64,000 bases of DNA, from contig JAGVJJ010000044.1 in the NCBI GenBank assembly GCA_020051175.1, forward strand, positions 192,761 to 256,760, written 5' to 3'. The position numbers and the translations under genes were made by a program. Source of the stretch: Bacteroidia bacterium (GTDB taxonomy: Bacteria; Bacteroidota; Bacteroidia; 2-12-FULL-35-15). Shown piece after piece: positions 18,294-28,169 of this stretch (positions are counted from its first letter, which is position 1; every line of letters begins with the position of its first letter). The notes under the pieces were generated by a model that saw only the letters and a program-made list of their open reading frames with translations, did no database searches and was not told where the DNA came from.

Positions 18294-18370
18294 GGGCTGT
18301 CCTAAAAGCTAAAAATGGTCACTTTCTGTGTGACTCAAACTTTACTTGCTTTTGAGGCAGCCTATTTTAT
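18294..18370 (+). terminator. Long-stem hairpin, probable terminator of 17443-18273
   Basis: Positions 18295-18309 pair with 18348-18362 (12 Watson-Crick pairs, 2 G-U, 1 mismatch). An inner 5-bp hairpin forms at 18318-18322/18330-18334. The U-rich tail TATTTTAT follows. Confidence 0.45.
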
Positions 18371-18378
18371 TGTAATTT

Positions 18379-18756
18379 ATGCCAATGCAGACTTTTACCA
18401 AATCCGAACGCTTATCGGAAAAAATAGCATTGGATCGTTTATTTCAGACGGGGAAATCATTTAATTGCTTCCCTTTCAAAGTGGTGTGGAAAGAAGTTCC
18501 GGAAGCCGCGGCCCCTGTACAGCTTGTTATCAGCGTACCCAAGCGTATTTTTAAGAGGGCGGTGGACAGGAATCTTGTAAAGAGGCGGATTAGAGAAGCA
18601 TACAGAAGGCACAAAGGCAGTTTTTATGAATCTTTAGGTGAAAAAAAACTGCATGTTATGCTCATGTATACTGCTAAAACACTTCCCGAATATAAAGACG
18701 TGGAGGACAAAATAATTTCTGTACTTGAGCGTTTACATAAAACAGTTATTTCCTGA
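18379..18756 (+). CDS. rnpA: Ribonuclease P protein component
   Basis: [30 protein letters not shown]...[26 protein letters not shown]. The length (125 aa) and basic composition are typical, and yidD follows immediately. Confidence 0.9.
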   Translation: MPMQTFTKSERLSEKIALDRLFQTGKSFNCFPFKVVWKEVPEAAAPVQLVISVPKRIFKRAVDRNLVKRRIREAYRRHKGSFYESLGEKKLHVMLMYTAKTLPEYKDVEDKIISVLERLHKTVIS

Positions 18757-18761
18757 GTTAC

Positions 18762-18995
18762 GTGTTGTCGATATTAGGTAAAGGAGTAGGATACATTTTT
18801 ATAGGCCTGATAAAGGTCTATCAGCATACTATTTCCCCTCTGTTAGGGGTGTCGTGCCGTTATGAACCTTCTTGTTCCCAATACGGGGCAGAGGCGCTGA
18901 AGAAGTACGGTCCGCTCAAAGGTGGTTATCTTACAATTAAGCGCATCCTGTCCTGCAATCCATGGGGAGGTCATGGTCATGATCCTGTGCCGTAG
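18762..18995 (+). CDS. yidD: Membrane protein insertion efficiency factor YidD
   Basis: [58 protein letters not shown] is the canonical YidD core. The start codon is GTG. Confidence 0.9.
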   Translation: MLSILGKGVGYIFIGLIKVYQHTISPLLGVSCRYEPSCSQYGAEALKKYGPLKGGYLTIKRILSCNPWGGHGHDPVP

Positions 18996-19131
18996 CTGGA
19001 AATTTTTTTTCAGAAAAAGCATGAACAGTTGGTCATAATTTTTTTTGTGATAATAATTTCGTAAATTAGTAGGAGCATTTTTTTTCAATGCAGCTATTGG
19101 TTATTTGAGAAAAAAAATAAATTATTCATAT

Positions 19132-20874
19132 ATGAAACCATTTATTAAAAAATTTAAGCTCGTAATTATTGCTGTGATGCTTGGCGGTTACGCACTGATA
19201 TCCTACAGCTTTGTGGACAGTTATTTTGAAGTGTCCAAGAACCTCGACATATTTGCTACATTGTTCCGCGAGCTCAATATCTATTATGTGGATGAAACGA
19301 ATCCGGGCGATCTTATGAAAAAGGGCATTGATGATATGCTCGCCTCCCTTGACCCTTATACCAATTATATCCCGGAGTCAGAAATTGAAGATTACAGGTA
19401 TATGACCACAGGCCAATATGGTGGAATTGGTGCATTGATACGCCAGGATGGTGATTATGTGGTTATATCAGAACCATACGAAGGATTTCCGGCACAAAAG
19501 GCTGATTTGAGGGCTGGTGACAAAATTCTGAAAATTAACGATACAGAAACAAAAGGAAAGAAAACAGAAGATATCAGTAAATTCCTGAAGGGTCAGCCTA
19601 GTAGCACTATAAAGCTGCTGATTGAGCGTGAAGGGGAGAAAAAGCCGATTGAAAAAGTCATTAATCGCGAAGAAATAAAAATTAAAAGTGTACCTTATTC
19701 TGGCATGATTGCCCAGGGTATTGGGTATATTAAGCTGACGGGCTTTACTGAAAATGCTGCAGGTGAAGTAAAAGATGCCTTGCTCGAACTTAAAAAAAAT
19801 CCCGAATTAAAGTCTATTGTGCTTGACCTACGTGGTAACCCCGGAGGATTATTGAAAGAAGCTGTGGATATTGTGAATCTGTTTGAAGAAAAAGGGACGG
19901 ATATCGTAAGCACCCGTGGAAAAGTAAAAGATTGGGATAAAACTCACAAAGCACTTAACAGTCCTGTAGATCTTGAAATCCCTATTGCAATTCTTATTGA
20001 CAGAGGTTCAGCATCTGCTTCGGAGATTGTTTCAGGTGCATTGCAGGATTTGGACAGAGGTGTTGTTGTCGGCCAGCGTTCTTATGGCAAGGGATTGGTT
20101 CAGCAAACACGCCCGTTGAGCTATAACGCACAATTAAAAGTGACCGTTGCCAAATATTATACGCCTAGCGGCCGCTGTATACAGGCGCTGGATTATTCTC
20201 ACCGTAATGAAGACGGCAGTGTTGACAAGGTTGCTGATTCACTGATATCGGCATTTAAAACAAAAAACGGAAGAATTGTGTATGATGGTGGTGGTGTGGC
20301 ACCTGATATTACAACCGAAACACCGAAATACAGTAGTATTCTTACAAGTCTCGTAACCAAAAACCTGATTTTTAATTATGCTACAAAATACCGTAATGAG
20401 CATGCTGCCATTGTGGCTGCAAAAGATTTTAAGCTTACCGATGCAGAATATGAAGATTTCGTGGCCTATCTGAACGGCAAGGATTACGATTATACAACCA
20501 AAACAGAAAAAACGCTCGATGATTTGAAGGAAGATGCCAAGGATGATAAGGCTCTGGATGTAATAAAGGCTGATATTGAGGCATTAAAGGCTAAAGTAAT
20601 GCACAATAAAAAGGATGATCTTGTGAAATACAAGCCTGAAATAAAGCAGTTCCTGGAAGAAGAGATCGTTTCAAGGTATTATTTCCAGAATGGAAGACTC
20701 GAAGCGTCTTTTAAGGAAGATATTGATATGAAGGAAGCTGTTGCCCTGCTGAATGATAAAGAGCGTTATAAAACAGTTTTAACCACAATTGTTAAGTCAG
20801 AAAAGCCAATGTTTAATGCTGACAAGGACAAACAGAAAAATTTAAGGGGACCTAAGGGGGATATTGAAAATTAG
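19132..20874 (+). CDS. S41 family C-terminal processing peptidase with PDZ domain
   Basis: The start was trimmed to the ATG at 19132. A PDZ segment (GFPAQKADLRAGDKILKIND) is followed by the S41 core LDLRGNPGGLL...ILIDRGSASASEIVSGALQD...GQRSYGKG. Confidence 0.85.
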   Translation: MKPFIKKFKLVIIAVMLGGYALISYSFVDSYFEVSKNLDIFATLFRELNIYYVDETNPGDLMKKGIDDMLASLDPYTNYIPESEIEDYRYMTTGQYGGIGALIRQDGDYVVISEPYEGFPAQKADLRAGDKILKINDTETKGKKTEDISKFLKGQPSSTIKLLIEREGEKKPIEKVINREEIKIKSVPYSGMIAQGIGYIKLTGFTENAAGEVKDALLELKKNPELKSIVLDLRGNPGGLLKEAVDIVNLFEEKGTDIVSTRGKVKDWDKTHKALNSPVDLEIPIAILIDRGSASASEIVSGALQDLDRGVVVGQRSYGKGLVQQTRPLSYNAQLKVTVAKYYTPSGRCIQALDYSHRNEDGSVDKVADSLISAFKTKNGRIVYDGGGVAPDITTETPKYSSILTSLVTKNLIFNYATKYRNEHAAIVAAKDFKLTDAEYEDFVAYLNGKDYDYTTKTEKTLDDLKEDAKDDKALDVIKADIEALKAKVMHNKKDDLVKYKPEIKQFLEEEIVSRYYFQNGRLEASFKEDIDMKEAVALLNDKERYKTVLTTIVKSEKPMFNADKDKQKNLRGPKGDIEN

Positions 20875-20970
20875 TCACTCTTATTATTTCTGAAAAATTT
20901 ACGCGTCTGAACAATAATTTTGCTTTTTCTGCGTTTCATTCGTTTGGAAAGTGCCCATGATTGTGGTTTT

Positions 20971-22560
20971 ATGAAGTCTTTATTCCCCGAAAAGTATCAT
21001 CGTTCCATCTATATATTTTCGCTGATTGTATTGGTGATAGGATTGCCGCTGTCAAAATTCCTGATGAGCATTTCCCAGCTCATTATAATGGCAAACTGGC
21101 TTCTGGAGGGCAATTTTAAGCAAAAAATAAAGACGTTCTGGAACAATAAAGCTGCAGTGCTTTTTGCCTCTGTAATGGTGCTGCACTTTATCGGTCTGTT
21201 GTATACTTCTGATTTTGATTACGCCTTTAAGGATATGCGCATCAAACTACCGCTCCTTGTATTGCCATTAGTGGTGTCTACCTCCAAGCCGCTCTCACAA
21301 AAGCTGATTGACACTATTTTGAAATTGTTCGTTGCAGCAACCATTGCCGGAACGCTGGTAAGTATGCTTATACTCTGCGGTATAATCGACCGCCCGCTTG
21401 TAGATACGCGTTCGATCTCCATTTTTATTTCACACATCCGTTTTTCATTGCTTATTTGCGTTGCAATTTGCATTTCGGTGTACTATGTTTTTAAAGAAAC
21501 ACAAGTTCGTAATCGTTTAATAATGGGGGCATTGGTGATTTGGATGCTGGCATTTCTTATAATTATGGAATCTCTTACCGGGCTGATTGCATTATTTGTT
21601 GTAGGCCTGGTGCTTACTGTGTATTATATTGTTAAGTCGGACAAGGCTTTTATAAAATATGGCGGGTTAGCAGCGCTTGCAGGTGTTTTTGTATTTACCA
21701 TAACTTATGTAAGAGGTGTTGCTTCGGAAAATGGTAACAAGGAAAAGCTGGATTTAAGTAAACTGGAAAGATATACCAGCCAAGGCAATGAATACGATAG
21801 TGATGTTAAAAGTACACTTACTGAAAATGGACACCTGATATGGATAAATTATCAGAAAAAAGAGTTGAAAGAAGCATGGGAAAAAAGAAGCAAAATAGGT
21901 TTTCATGACAACGATCTAAAAGGAAATCTTCTGGAATTTACTTTGGTGCGTTATCTGGCATCAAAAGGGCAGAAGAAAGATGGTGCCGCTGTTGATGCGC
22001 TTTCCGATACTGAAATAAAGGCTATTGAGAGGGGTGTTACCAATGTAAATTATCAGAACATAAGTTCACTGCGTGGCCGTATTTACGAAACTTTGTGGGA
22101 GATAGATGTTTATAAAACTACCGGTAACGCAAACGGGCATTCACTTACCCAACGTTTTGAATATTGGCGGACAGCCTTGGGAATAATCGCTTCACATCCC
22201 CTGATTGGTGTTGGAACAGGTGATGTTGCCAAAGCTTTTGAAGAAGAATATGTAAGGAATAACTCATCATTGGCGCAACAATGGCGGTTACGTGCGCACA
22301 ATCAGTACCTGACTTTTGCCGTTACCTTTGGCATAATCGGCCTGACCTGGTTTTTATTTACTTTAGTGTACCCTTTTTTCAATAAGGTAAACAGGGTTAA
22401 CTTTTTGTATGTGACCTTTTTTATTGTAGCAACGGTTTCCTTTTTTACAGAAGATACACTTGAAACTCAGGCAGGGGTTACTTTTTACGCATTTCTGAAT
22501 ACTTTTTTCCTTTTTGCGGGCGAAAAAAAAGCCCCTCTTGAGGAAGAGGGGCCATTGTAG
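20971..22560 (+). CDS. O-antigen ligase (Wzy_C) family polytopic membrane protein
   Basis: The start was trimmed to the ATG at 20971. It has more than 10 predicted TM helices and a large loop carrying GVGTGD...RAHNQYLTFAVTFGIIG (Wzy_C-like). Confidence 0.7.
   Translation: MKSLFPEKYHRSIYIFSLIVLVIGLPLSKFLMSISQLIIMANWLLEGNFKQKIKTFWNNKAAVLFASVMVLHFIGLLYTSDFDYAFKDMRIKLPLLVLPLVVSTSKPLSQKLIDTILKLFVAATIAGTLVSMLILCGIIDRPLVDTRSISIFISHIRFSLLICVAICISVYYVFKETQVRNRLIMGALVIWMLAFLIIMESLTGLIALFVVGLVLTVYYIVKSDKAFIKYGGLAALAGVFVFTITYVRGVASENGNKEKLDLSKLERYTSQGNEYDSDVKSTLTENGHLIWINYQKKELKEAWEKRSKIGFHDNDLKGNLLEFTLVRYLASKGQKKDGAAVDALSDTEIKAIERGVTNVNYQNISSLRGRIYETLWEIDVYKTTGNANGHSLTQRFEYWRTALGIIASHPLIGVGTGDVAKAFEEEYVRNNSSLAQQWRLRAHNQYLTFAVTFGIIGLTWFLFTLVYPFFNKVNRVNFLYVTFFIVATVSFFTEDTLETQAGVTFYAFLNTFFLFAGEKKAPLEEEGPL
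22523..22552 (-). terminator. Rho-independent terminator of kbl, embedded in the 3' end of the convergent ORF
   Basis: A 9-bp GC-rich stem GCCCCTCTT/AAGAGGGGC (22531-22539/22544-22552) with a 4-nt loop. It is followed on the minus strand by T8 (the A-run at 22523-22530). Confidence 0.7.
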
Positions 22561-22562
22561 AT

Positions 22563-23750
22563 TTATTTTATTACACCCAATTCTTTACCTACCTTTTCAA
22601 AAGCAGCAAGCGCTTTATCAATGTGCTCCTTTTCATGCGCTGCCGACAGCTGAACGCGTATACGTGCCTGGCCCTTAGGTACAACGGGGTAAAAGAACCC
22701 GATTACATAAATTCCTTCTTCCAGTAGTTTGTTTGCGAAATCCTGGGAAAGCTTGGCATCATACAACATTACAGGAACAATTGCCGAATCGCCATTTTTT
22801 ATTTCAAGTCCCACTTTTTTAATGCCTTCTTTGAAGTAGTTGATATTCCATTCCAGTTTGTCGCGTAGCTCTGTTGTTTCGCTTAACATGTCCAATACAG
22901 CAATAGACGCCCCAACAATATGCGGAGCAAGGGAATTACTGAACAAATAAGGGCGCGAGCGCTGACGCAATAATTCTATGATCTCTTTTTTACCAGTAGT
23001 AAAGCCTCCCATTGCTCCTCCGAGCGCTTTACCCAATGTTCCGGTAATAATATCTACGCGGTTCATTACATTTTTCAACTCAACTGTTCCACGCCCGGTT
23101 TTACCTATAAAGCCTGTTGCATGGCTTTCGTCTACCATCACAAGGGCATCGTATTTGTCTGCCAAGTCACATATTTTATCCAGTGGAGCTACAAATCCGT
23201 CCATTGAAAAAACGCCATCTGTAACAATAATCCGGTAACGCTGCGATTGTGCTTTTTTCAGCTGTTCTTCCAAATCATTCATGTCACAGTTTTTATAGCG
23301 GTAACGTTGTGCTTTTGATAAGCGAACACCATCAATTATAGAAGCATGATTCAATTCATCTGAAATGATAGCGTCCTCTTCACCAAACAACGACTCAAAT
23401 ACACCACCGTTTGCATCAAAGCAGGCAGCATACAGTATGGTATCTTCCTGTCCCAGGAATGTTGCGATTTTTTGTTCCAGTTCTTTATGTATGTCCTGCG
23501 TTCCACAGATAAAACGTACACTGCTCACTCCGTAACCTCTTGAATCAAGCGTTTGATGTGCGGCCTCTATTACTCTGGGGTGCGAGGACAGTCCAAGGTA
23601 ATTATTGGCGCAGAAAATGATTACGTCCCTGCCATTTACCTTAACTACAGCACCTTGTTCAGTGCTGATAATTCTCTCGCGTTTGAAAAGCCCTGATTCT
23701 TCTATGTTTTTTAATTCCGACTGAAGGTGGTTTTTATATTTTCCGTACAT
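22563..23750 (-). CDS. kbl: Glycine C-acetyltransferase (2-amino-3-ketobutyrate CoA ligase)
   Basis: The full-length match includes [39 protein letters not shown] and FSMDG (PLP Lys region). Confidence 0.9.
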   Translation of the reverse strand: MYGKYKNHLQSELKNIEESGLFKRERIISTEQGAVVKVNGRDVIIFCANNYLGLSSHPRVIEAAHQTLDSRGYGVSSVRFICGTQDIHKELEQKIATFLGQEDTILYAACFDANGGVFESLFGEEDAIISDELNHASIIDGVRLSKAQRYRYKNCDMNDLEEQLKKAQSQRYRIIVTDGVFSMDGFVAPLDKICDLADKYDALVMVDESHATGFIGKTGRGTVELKNVMNRVDIITGTLGKALGGAMGGFTTGKKEIIELLRQRSRPYLFSNSLAPHIVGASIAVLDMLSETTELRDKLEWNINYFKEGIKKVGLEIKNGDSAIVPVMLYDAKLSQDFANKLLEEGIYVIGFFYPVVPKGQARIRVQLSAAHEKEHIDKALAAFEKVGKELGVIK

Positions 23751-23753
23751 GTT

Positions 23754-23790
23754 TTTAGATGTGAGATTTTAGATATGAGATTTGAGATGT
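23754..23790. repeat. Tandem 14-mer (TTTAGATRTGAGAT x2 plus partial third copy)
   Basis: Units are 23754-23767 TTTAGATGTGAGAT and 23768-23781 TTTAGATATGAGAT, then TTGAGATGTG. The repeat lies between the kbl start codon and a candidate kbl -7 box. Confidence 0.8.
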
Positions 23791-23819
23791 GTTTTGACTC
23801 GATTGTTAAGAAATCCAGA

Positions 23820-23827
23820 CAAAAGTA
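23820..23827 (-). promoter_or_regulatory. Candidate -7 box for kbl (minus-strand TACTTTTG)
   Basis: The reverse complement of CAAAAGTA fits TAnnTTTG. It implies a ~65-nt leader containing the tandem 14-mers. Confidence 0.3.
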
Positions 23828-23871
23828 TAGAAAATTTCATTTAAATTGCGTTACTAAATAGTAAGATAGTT

Positions 23872-25038
23872 ATGAAAAAAATAATGCTTCTCGGTTCAGG
23901 TGAATTGGGAAAAGAATTTGTAATTGCAGTAAAGCGTTTAGGGCAATATGTCATTGCTGTGGATTCCTATAATGATGCACCAGCTCAGCAGGTAGCTGAT
24001 GAGCGCGAAGTGATCAATATGCTGGACGGGGCTGAGCTCGACAGAATTGTGGCCAAACATAAACCAGATATCATTGTGCCGGAGATTGAGGCCATCCGTA
24101 CTGAACGGTTTTACGATTATGAAGAACAAGGGGTACAGGTTGTTCCGAGCGCACGGGCTGCCAATTTTACGATGAACCGAAAGGCAATACGTGATTTAGC
24201 TGCAAAGGAGCTGGGGCTAAAAACAGCAAAGTACGAGTACGCCAATAGTTTTGATGAATTGGTTGCTGCTGTTAAATTAGTAGGTATTCCTTGTGTTGTT
24301 AAACCTTTGATGAGTTCATCCGGGAAAGGACAAAGTGTTATTAAAACTGAGGCCGACATACCAAAGTCCTGGGAATATGCACAGGCTGGGAAGCGTGGCG
24401 ACTACACAGAAGTGATTGCGGAAGCATTTGTAAAGTTTAATTCTGAAATTACTTTGTTAACAGTCACTCAAAAGAATGGACCAACCCTGTTCTGCCCTCC
24501 GATAGGTCACCGACAGGAGAGGGGGGATTACCAGGAAAGCTGGCAGCCGGCTGAAATCAATACGGAGCACCTGAAGGAAGCACAATTGATGGCCGAAAAA
24601 GTAACCAGGGCATTGACTGGAGCAGGTATCTGGGGTGTTGAATTTTTCCTGGCAGATGATGGGGTATACTTCTCAGAGCTATCTCCCCGTCCGCATGATA
24701 CGGGCATGGTGACACTGGCAGGTACACAAAATTTTTCTGAATTTGAGTTACATGCCAGAGCAGTATTGGGCTTGCCCATTCCTGAAGTAACTCTGGAACG
24801 TGCCGGTGCAAGTGCTGTAATCTTGGCTGATAAAGAGGGGAGCCGTCCCGTATATTCTGGTTTGGAAAAGGCAATGGCCAGTGTAAAAAGCGATGTGAGG
24901 GTTTTTGGAAAGCCTGTAACCCGGCCGTATCGTAGAATGGCGGTTGCGCTTACATACGACAAGGTGGGGAGCAATATAGATGCTGTAAAGCAGCGTGCGA
25001 TTGAAATAGCAGCAATAGTAAAAGTAGAAATAGAATAA
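23872..25038 (+). CDS. purT: Formate-dependent phosphoribosylglycinamide formyltransferase
   Basis: [20 protein letters not shown]...[14 protein letters not shown]...[11 protein letters not shown], an ATP-grasp PurT signature over the full length. Confidence 0.9.
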   Translation: MKKIMLLGSGELGKEFVIAVKRLGQYVIAVDSYNDAPAQQVADEREVINMLDGAELDRIVAKHKPDIIVPEIEAIRTERFYDYEEQGVQVVPSARAANFTMNRKAIRDLAAKELGLKTAKYEYANSFDELVAAVKLVGIPCVVKPLMSSSGKGQSVIKTEADIPKSWEYAQAGKRGDYTEVIAEAFVKFNSEITLLTVTQKNGPTLFCPPIGHRQERGDYQESWQPAEINTEHLKEAQLMAEKVTRALTGAGIWGVEFFLADDGVYFSELSPRPHDTGMVTLAGTQNFSEFELHARAVLGLPIPEVTLERAGASAVILADKEGSRPVYSGLEKAMASVKSDVRVFGKPVTRPYRRMAVALTYDKVGSNIDAVKQRAIEIAAIVKVEIE

Positions 25039-25059
25039 TGTTCATAAATACTATAAAAA

Positions 25060-26571
25060 ATGGAAAAGCAATTGACACTAGAAGAAATACAGGATTTTAA
25101 AGGTAAATACCCAAAGCAGCTGTGGTACCTGTTCTTTTCAGAGATGTGGGAACGTTTCTCGTTTTACGGTATGCGTGGAATGCTCGTTGTATTCATGGTA
25201 CAGCAGCTAATGATGAAAGAGGATGTTGCTAACCTTCAATATGGAGCCACACAGGCTTTTGTGTATGCTTTTACTTTTATTGGCGGTCTGTTTGCCGACA
25301 AAATCCTGGGTTACAGAAAATCACTGTTCTGGGGCGGTTTGCTAATGATTGTCGGCAGTATTATACTTGCGCTTGACCCGGCTCGTTTTTTCTTTTTTGG
25401 CATTAGCTTTACTATTGTAGGTACAGGTTTTTTTAAGCCTAATATTTCTACAATTGTTGGTAAGCTTTATAAAGAGCACGATATCAGAAGAGATGCGGGC
25501 TTCTCACTGTTTTATGCAGGTGTAAATCTTGGTGCGCTCATAGGCGGATATCTGTGTATTGCAGTGGCCAACGGCCGTATGTTGAGTACCGTTATTCCTG
25601 AAGCCCTTCGCTGGAACTTCGCTTTTGGTTTTGCCGCAATCGTTATGATCATCAGCTTGCTCACATTTGTAAGAACTCAGCGGAGCCTTGGTGAGATTGG
25701 TGTTTCACCATTAGCGGCATGGGAAAATGGAAAGCGGAAAAAGTATGAGTACATAACCTATATTGGCTCCCTGCTCATTGTTCCGCTTATTATGACAATG
25801 GTGTCGCATACAGAGTATACCGATGTTTTTATGTATATCATAGGTCCGCTTTCATTGTTGTATTTGTTTTATGAAATGAAAAATTACTCTGCAGTTGAAA
25901 ACAAACGCTTGCTTGCAGCTTTGGTGTTCATACTTTTTTCAATTTTTTTCTGGGCATTTTTTGAACAAAGCGGAGGCTCTCTGAGTTTGTTTGCTGACAA
26001 TAATTTGCACGATAGTTTGTTAGGCGTATCTGTGGACCCGGTAGGTGTGAACAATTCATCCAATTCACTTTTTGTTATTGCGTTTGCAGCAGTGCTTGGT
26101 ATTGTGTGGCTATGGCTGAACAAAAGAGGGTTGGAACCGAACACTATAGTGAAATTTGGTCTGGGCTTTCTTTTTCTTGCCGGTGGTTTTTATGTGTTTT
26201 ATTATACAAAGTTTTTTGCGGATGCCGATGGCAAAACATCTCTTGATGTATTTACAATGGGCTGGCTGGTTATTACGTTTGGAGAACTATGTTTGTCACC
26301 CATTGGTATGTCCGTCATGACAAAGCTCTCACCACACAAATTGCAGGCAGTGATAATGGGAATGTGGTTTCTGGCAAGTGCATACGGACAATATTTTGCC
26401 GGCATACTGGGTGCCAATATTGCGCAAGCATCAGAAAATACAACCAACCTGGAAAAGTTAAATGTGTATGCCGATGGATATAAACAACTCGCCATTTATG
26501 CATTGATAGCAGGTCTTGTGATGATTGCTATATCTCCTCTTGTGAAAAAACTGATGCAAGGGGTAAAGTAA
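25060..26571 (+). CDS. POT/PTR2 family proton-dependent di/tripeptide transporter
   Basis: FSEMWERFSFYGMRGML (ExxERFxYYG-type motif), FKPNIST, and 12-14 TM helices. Confidence 0.9.
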   Translation: MEKQLTLEEIQDFKGKYPKQLWYLFFSEMWERFSFYGMRGMLVVFMVQQLMMKEDVANLQYGATQAFVYAFTFIGGLFADKILGYRKSLFWGGLLMIVGSIILALDPARFFFFGISFTIVGTGFFKPNISTIVGKLYKEHDIRRDAGFSLFYAGVNLGALIGGYLCIAVANGRMLSTVIPEALRWNFAFGFAAIVMIISLLTFVRTQRSLGEIGVSPLAAWENGKRKKYEYITYIGSLLIVPLIMTMVSHTEYTDVFMYIIGPLSLLYLFYEMKNYSAVENKRLLAALVFILFSIFFWAFFEQSGGSLSLFADNNLHDSLLGVSVDPVGVNNSSNSLFVIAFAAVLGIVWLWLNKRGLEPNTIVKFGLGFLFLAGGFYVFYYTKFFADADGKTSLDVFTMGWLVITFGELCLSPIGMSVMTKLSPHKLQAVIMGMWFLASAYGQYFAGILGANIAQASENTTNLEKLNVYADGYKQLAIYALIAGLVMIAISPLVKKLMQGVK

Positions 26572-26617
26572 ATGTGACATTATTGATTTTTAAATTAATC
26601 TTTTTTACTTTTTTTGT

Positions 26618-27640
26618 TTGCCCGTACCCGTTAACATAAGCGAATTTTTAGAATTGTCGAAGCAATATCCTGTGCTGGATGTTCGAAGTCCCTCAGAGTA
26701 TGCCGCTGGTCATATTCCAGGGGCACACAATCTGGCTTTATTTACAGATGAAGAACGTGCAATTGTTGGAACCGCCTATAAGCAGGTAAGCCGCGAAAAT
26801 GCTGTAAATAAAGGGTTGGAAATTTTTGGCCCCAAGATGCGGCTGCTGGCAGAAACTGCAAAAAAAAATCATCCGGGACAAAAAACATTCCTGGTGCATT
26901 GCTGGAGAGGTGGCATGAGAAGCGGTACAGTGGCATGGTTGCTGGAATTGTACGGCTATAAAGTGTACCTGCTTCGTGGCGGCTATAAGGCATTCAGAAG
27001 AAGCGCATTGGAAAGCTTTAATAAAGAAGTTAAAATAAATATTCTGGGAGGGCGCACCGGTTCCGGAAAAACAATGATTTTGAAAGAGCTTGGTAGGCAT
27101 GGTGAACAGGTTATTGATCTCGAAGGTTTGGCCCATCATAAGGGTTCTTCTTTTGGATCATTGGGTGAAAAGCCTCAGCCTACTCAGGAAATGTTTGAGA
27201 ATAAGCTATTCATGGAATTAAATGCCCTTGATAATAACCGAACCGTGTGGATTGAAGATGAAAGCAACATGATTGGTACCAAAGTAATTCCGAAATCTTT
27301 CTTTTTGAGAATGCGCAGCAGTCCGGTTTATTTTCTTGATATTCCTTTTGAAACCCGGCTGGATTACCTGACACAGGAATATGGTAAATTTTCAACGGAG
27401 GAACTAAAAAATGCTATTGAAAGGATTACAAAAAAATTAGGCGGTCAACATGCGAAAGCTGCGCTGGAGGCAATAGATGCCGGTGATTTTAAAACTGCTT
27501 TTGGTATTTGCCTAGCGTACTATGATAAAACCTACGAGTATGGGAAAAATAAGCGCGTAGCGGAAAGTATTGTTAATTGTCCTTTTTCGATTCTTAACCT
27601 GGAACAAATAGTAGCTGCTGTAATTAAAGTATCCAGATAA
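26618..27640 (+). CDS. mnmH: tRNA 2-selenouridine synthase
   Basis: Rhodanese domain with HCWRGGMRS, a P-loop GGRTGSGKT, and DLEGLAHHKGSSFG and WIEDESNMIG, as in E. coli YbbB/SelU. The start codon is TTG. Confidence 0.85.
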   Translation: MPVPVNISEFLELSKQYPVLDVRSPSEYAAGHIPGAHNLALFTDEERAIVGTAYKQVSRENAVNKGLEIFGPKMRLLAETAKKNHPGQKTFLVHCWRGGMRSGTVAWLLELYGYKVYLLRGGYKAFRRSALESFNKEVKINILGGRTGSGKTMILKELGRHGEQVIDLEGLAHHKGSSFGSLGEKPQPTQEMFENKLFMELNALDNNRTVWIEDESNMIGTKVIPKSFFLRMRSSPVYFLDIPFETRLDYLTQEYGKFSTEELKNAIERITKKLGGQHAKAALEAIDAGDFKTAFGICLAYYDKTYEYGKNKRVAESIVNCPFSILNLEQIVAAVIKVSR

Positions 27641-28158
27641 TGCCAGTGACGAAACTGCTATTGATAGTTGTATTTATTCTTCTGATTATTGGTCTCTACT
27701 ATTTTTATCCGGAACCAAAGCTGCCATCAGGAACAAGAGTCACTTCTTTAGTAGTGTATAAGTCCGGACGCTTGATGGAGGCATACTCGGATGGTAAACT
27801 CGTAAAGTCTTATAAAATTTCACTCGGTCGCAACCCTGTTGGCGATAAGCAATTTGAAGGCGACAAAAAAACACCCGAAGGGATGTATTTTATCAATGCA
27901 AAAAATCCCAATAGCGGTTATCATAAAAATCTGGGTATTTCATATCCTGATGCTTCTGATATTGCTGAAGCGAAACAGTTGGGAAAGCCAACTGGCGGGG
28001 ATGTTAAAATTCATGGATTGAGAAACGGACAAGGCTTTATTGGGAAATTTCAGCGCTGGTATGATTGGACTGCAGGTTGCATAGCATTGACGGATGAGGA
28101 AGTGGATGAGTTGTTTGATGCGGTTGAAATAGGAGCTACAATAGAGATTAAGCCATAA
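27640..28158 (+). CDS. L,D-transpeptidase (YkuD) family protein
   Basis: An N-terminal TM anchor is followed by KKTPEGMYFI...IHG...TAGCIALTDEEVDELF (catalytic His/Cys region). The ATG overlaps the mnmH stop (TAATG). Confidence 0.8.
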   Translation: MPVTKLLLIVVFILLIIGLYYFYPEPKLPSGTRVTSLVVYKSGRLMEAYSDGKLVKSYKISLGRNPVGDKQFEGDKKTPEGMYFINAKNPNSGYHKNLGISYPDASDIAEAKQLGKPTGGDVKIHGLRNGQGFIGKFQRWYDWTAGCIALTDEEVDELFDAVEIGATIEIKP

Positions 28159-28169
28159 TAATACATAAT

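Noticed and set aside
18294-18370. The structured 70-nt element upstream of rnpA, considered as a small ncRNA or riboswitch
   Set aside because: It starts about 20 nt after the stop of the upstream same-strand gene and ends in a U-rich tract. A long-stem intrinsic terminator is more parsimonious, and I recognise no known RNA family.
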